From NCBI GenBank assembly GCA_040954595.2, contig CM082578.2, positions 2,524,831-2,588,830 of the forward strand: a stretch of 64,000 nt of DNA, in the 5' to 3' direction. The notes under the pieces were generated by a model. That model saw nothing but the letters and a program-made list of their open reading frames with translations. It was not told the origin of the DNA and ran no database searches. How positions within the stretch are numbered: position 1 is the stretch's first letter; every line of letters starts with the position of its first letter. This document shows, piece by piece, positions 58,965-64,000 of the stretch. The stretch comes from Balanoglossus misakiensis. Taxonomy: Eukaryota; Animalia; Hemichordata. The translations under genes were made by a program, and so were the position numbers.

Positions 58965-61900
58965 ATGTGGGAATACCATTCCGCAAAGTTCAGAACAATC
59001 CGGCTCCAGCGAACCGAAGAGAGCTATAAGGTATATTAATTTTGAAATACAATTTAGAATTTACAAACAAATATATTTAGTTTGGAACTTTGGGGTTTAA
59101 TATTACCGATAACCGAGAAGTTGATGACAATTTTATCAAGGAGTCTGCGTATTCACGCATGTAGAATTTCTGTTGGAACAGATTTCTGAATGTCGCTAAC
59201 TATGCAAAATCCCAATTATGCTGACAATGTAAAATTCCAATTCTGAATGAAGGAATCTACATACGTGAATACGCAGACGCCAGATTCAATCTGACTCTCT
59301 GTAAGGCAAAGTTGTGAAATCGAATTGTTGCACTGAAAAATGGAATGTTGAATAGAAATAAGAATAGCAAAATGCGGAGTTGTAATTTTGTCATGGATTG
59401 TCACACCATAGACTGCCAACACTCTCTTGAACAATACTGCAAAGTCTTCTCAATTGATACACACATGGCAACCAGCAATCAGCCAGCATTTTTCTGAAGT
59501 AAAATGGGCTAAAAAATTGATTCTTTTAATGGCCATAATATCATGTGACCTAGTATATAACATATTTTGACTGTCTTGACATGGCTCTCATACTTACTTA
59601 GACACACTTGGCAGTCTGAGCCCCCTGTAAAATGTACCCAATTGTACTGCTTTGCACTGTATTGGTCTGAGGGTCTTGTATAGGCCGTACTGATTAACAC
59701 ACACCTGGCAGTCTAACAGACCTGGGAGCCTGGATTCTAGGCACCCTGGAAATCAAACCAGTTCATACTGACTTGGCACTGTTAGGGATATATAACATAA
59801 TGATTTTGTACTGTGCACCACCCTGTTCCTCCATGTCATTGTTTCAAAATATAAACTTTAAGCATTTAGGACTTTGATAATTGCCACCATGCTGCAATTC
59901 CTGAAAGCGTCTTTTATAATCCATAATGAATAATTCTTCCCATTTCATTCACAGAGAGTTAGGTGTAGGCAGCGCCAGTTAGGTGCTAGAGAGGGAAGAT
60001 TGGACTTGTTGCGATGCATGGTAAGTGATTCACAACTATTGTAGATCACCTGAAACTGAATTCTCTTTTCATATCTGTAACCCAGAAATAGCCAAACACA
60101 TTTTGTTCACACATGGCGCAAGAACTATGTGCTTTTAAAGCTACTATATGAATAAGCGAGTGTCATCCTGCATTTTTACAAGTTCAATCACATGATACAG
60201 AGGTTCTGTTCGATTATTTTTCCTTTGCATACTTAAATATGCATTCAGAATTTACTTTGCATAAATATAACAATCTTGCCTCAAGTGGGTAGGCATTTGA
60301 AAGCCTGAATAGAACACCACCGTACCGGTACATTATTACAAAGTTTGATCTATGAATGTCATGTTGCCTGAGTGAAAATTGTAACATTTCTGTGCATTTC
60401 TGCATTATTCGTATCTTGTAAGCCTCGCTGAATACAATTTGCAAATTTGCACTTGCGGTGTATGCATCCTACATTATCTTTGTGTAATTATGGTCAGACA
60501 TTTTGAAATGCGCAGGATTAAGCATTGTTCAATCTGATTCTGCAATGATGGAAACAAACGAATTTGTGCTACATTCTGAGAAATGGGGATGTTTTTAAGC
60601 ATTGTTCAATCTGATTCTGCAATGATGGAAACAAACGAATTTGTGCTACATTCTGAGAAATGGGGATGTAGCTAATATTAGTATGAATTTTATGAGTGCC
60701 TGAGAAGGCTATCTGTGACATAGGTGTACTGCACGATTGTACAGACTTAATGTAACAAATCATTTGTTGTCTTACTGATGTTTTCTGTCCAAGTTTTTAA
60801 GCATTGTTCAATCTGATTCTGCAATGATGGAAACAAACGAATTTGTGCTACATTCTGAGAAATGGGGATGTAGCTTAGCTAATACTAGTATGAATTTTAT
60901 GAGTGCCTGAGAAGGCTATCTGTGACATGGGTGTACTGTACGATCGAGTTGCACATTCATGGGCATTCAAATACATAACAGCGCCCTCTAGTGGTTGGCT
61001 ATGACAATGTTTTTAAATTTGAACAACCTGTATAGGCTCACGAGCATCAACAGTAAAAGCAACATAAAGGAAATATTGGTATTTTTGTCGGAAAATTTGC
61101 ATAATTTTAATTTTCTAGTAAATTATATATTATTGCCCTGAAACTAATAAGACAAGTATTATGGTACGAGTTATTGGACTTCATTTACTCTGACTTTGAT
61201 CAACAAAATTTTAAAGTAATAATTTGAAGTCCATTTGTAACTTGGATCAACTATTTGTGGTCCTTTAAAAATGTGCTTATCTTGGGTTTTATAATGTACC
61301 TTGATCCATCATTCTATACTCAGTAAATGTGTCATTGACCGAAATGGCATGACATTGACAGTTTTCAACATTTCAGTTTCAAGGATTTGCTAATTCTATT
61401 TTTTTTTGTATAGTTTGAACTAGGCAAGAGATCCTCCAGATGAACCCCCAGAAAAGCCCAATGTAAGTAGCTTTGGTTGTTCTGACGTGTGCTTTCATAC
61501 AATGTTTAAAGGGAAGCGGTCATCGGGTGGGTGTCCCCCTTGATGAGAATATATCCCTTCATATACCAGCACAAACCTCACTGTAGTCACCACAACCAGG
61601 ATCTTCAGTTGCTGTCATGCCCAGTCTATGCTACGGTTGGCTGCTTCGTTCATTCTAGGAATTATTTAATTTCAGGGATTTGAAGGTGAATTCTAATGTC
61701 TATCAACAAACAAACGCAGCGCGCTGACCCCTTCACTTTAAAGTGCTACAATATTATGCAAAATTTCAATATGTGTAAGATCTGCATTTGGTATAGAGGT
61801 GCATTATCACTTATCAGTTATATTTTCTCTTTCCAGCTCTATGAGGTTAACTGGCAATGGCTTCTGATCACAGTTGCTGTTTTAGCAGTGGTGTGTTGTG

Positions 61901-63512
61901 TTTTCGTAAGTATGAGCACATTAAACTGTTATGGCAATTTATGTATGTATATATGTATGTATTTGTGTGTGCATGTACTATGTATGTGTGTGTATGTATG
62001 AATTTACCGTAATCACTCCATCAGTTCGACCAGAAAAAAAAAATATATGATTAGTGAAAAGGCAAACTAATAGAATAAAAATAACATAAAACAAAAATGG
62101 CCGCTCAAAGTGCTTGAATAATTTTTCAGGGGGCATGTTTGCATGACATGAATTGCATGCATTATAAGCATGTAGTTTTGGTGATATTTATGATAGAATT
62201 GAACTGTTAAAAGTCACACAGAATAAAATCAGTGAGTTCTTTATACCTTAGAAGGTAGAAGTTGCAGATATCTTCTTGAAAAATATACAATATCAATATC
62301 ATGCATTTAATCAGTGGTCAAACAATTGAAGGTTATAAAATAATTAATTTTCCAAAGAATAGTGGGTGGTTGAATTAATGAAGGAGTTGAACTGATGGAG
62401 TGAGTATGTATGTATGTATGTATGTATGTATGTATGTATGCAGGGCTCGCGTTCACATCTATTTTTTGCGTTTTCACGCCAAACTACAATGTGTGCGCGC
62501 AAATATTTTGTCACAGTTGCGTGACATGCACGCAAAAAAAATCCATTGAAAGATAACATCTGGTGAGGCTAATGGGCTATACGGGGTGCCTTTTCAAGGT
62601 TGGTCGGTTGGGCGCCCTGTACACATATACGCGTACGCGCGCTTGTATGCTGTAGCAGGACGCACAGTGATGTACGTGCGGTAACCCAGACCACAAACTT
62701 GGCACGTGTCCGCCCTATAATTTATGCATGCAGAAACCATTAGATATAAAAAAGTAAGTGGGGCTTCCCGGTCATTTTCCTTAAAGATTTTTTTTGTGTT
62801 GGACCGTCTAGACATGAAGGGAGAACTCATTATCTGAAAGCCTGCTTTGTCTACCGCTATTTTGTTGCACGTAATTCAAATACAATTTCACACAAATTTT
62901 TTTGGCTCTTTGCGTGCACTGTATGTAAAAAATTAAATATCAAACGCAAGCCCTGGTATGTATGTTTGTATGTGCGTGTGCGTGCGTGCGTACTGCGTGT
63001 ATGTATGTATGTATGTATGTATGTATGTATGTATGTATGGATGGATGGATGGATGTATGTATGTATGCGTGTATGTATGTATGTATGGATGGATGGATGG
63101 GATGGATGGATGGATCTTGTGTGGTGCACCTGACTTTGACAGTACCTGTGTGCAAACGTTGGAAGCAGTCATCTTGGGCATGGCTGGACAGAAATTTGTG
63201 CAAGACGGCAGCCCATACCTGACCCTTTCCTTTTAGCTGTCACAGCCAGGAACGAGACTACTGGAAACACCTCTTCTACAGGCAATATTTTACACTATTT
63301 TTGTTTTTGTTCCTCAGGTTCTGCACAAGAGTCAACACGCCAAAGATAAGTTCACGATAGAAGAAGTAACAGAGATCTTCTGCAGCCGTAAAATGTTTCA
63401 TCTTAAGCAACAAGCACGATTAAAAATCCAATTAGATTGAACAGAATGAGGCCATGTTGATGGATTTCACGAAATTGGCGCAAACGTTTGAAACACTCCA
63501 GCAGGAGACAAG
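58965..63512 (+). CDS. Unidentified small-exon gene for a single-pass membrane protein (exons 58963-59030, 59955-60020, 61424-61462, 61837-61905, 63318-63512); possible frameshift in the last exon
   Basis: AG/GT-bounded phase-0 junctions give MWEYHSAKFRTIRLQRTEESYK-RVRCRQRQLGAREGRLDLLRCM-ARDPPDEPPEKPN-LYEVNWQWLLITVAVLAVVCCVF-VLHKSQHAKDKF...LKIQLD*. Confidence 0.55.
60520..60945 (+). repeat. Recent local tandem duplications (about 70-bp unit x3; about 150-bp unit x2)
   Basis: AAGCATTGTTCAATCTGATTCTGCAATGATGG...GAAATGGGGATG at about 60521, 60597, 60799. Confidence 0.9.
62956..63115. repeat. (TATG)n/(GGAT)n microsatellite; another (TATG)n at 62404-62440
   Basis: Seen directly. Confidence 0.95.
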
Positions 63513-64000
63513 GTAGGTGTAGCGTACACTTGGATATATTTGTAAAGTTGAATATACCGGTACATGATATACTACAGTGGCACCTTTCTGCCAACAAAAA
63601 TTCAGCGGTCTGATTATGTGGTATGTACTCTAATATTGCAGTCACATTTGGGCCATCCCAAGCAGAGAAGGGTCTTATGGTCATAAGTATCGCAGACCTC
63701 TTTCTGCTTCCGATGGCCCATTATATTTTGCAGGACACAATTTTCATTTCAATCAGAGCACACTCATAAGATTTGCACATTGTACATGTGGTATCTCATG
63801 ACAGTATTGTAGTCATCATGTACTGCATGACTTGTCAGCCCAGCCTCAAGCAGTTCAAAAATAATGTACACCCAAAAGGAACATGGTCTTAGAGTTTTTG
63901 TGCCAACCAAAATCAAACGGTCTAATTATGTGGTAGTAATTTTGTCAACAGTCACTAATTGTAAAAAAAAAGGAATTAAAGCAGTGAAAATGCTCTGAGT

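Overview
Eukaryotic, repeat-dense window. GT-AG introns, microsatellites and the transposon families present suggest a marine invertebrate (inference). The main element is a complete 12.8-kb AcademH-type DNA transposon (25744-38557) with TAG...CTA ends and a 9-bp TSD. It carries convergent, intron-containing, apparently intact RecQ-like helicase and DDE transposase genes, plus an L2-like LINE passenger. Several of its miniature relatives lie nearby, one with a paralogous empty site in the window. Also present are a young full-length Gypsy element whose PNMA-like Gag begins with an RRM and joins Pol by a -1 frameshift, a Gmr1-order Gypsy relic, and a 4.4-kb near-palindromic Academ derivative that splits a PHD-FLYWCH gene. 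The rest comprises a possible RAG1/Transib-related transposase relic, a cluster of frameshifted intronless genes (acyl-CoA synthetase, sulfotransferase, C2H2 zinc finger), two unidentified spliced genes and many MITEs. All calls were made by eye without database searches; exon models are manual and some edges are approximate.
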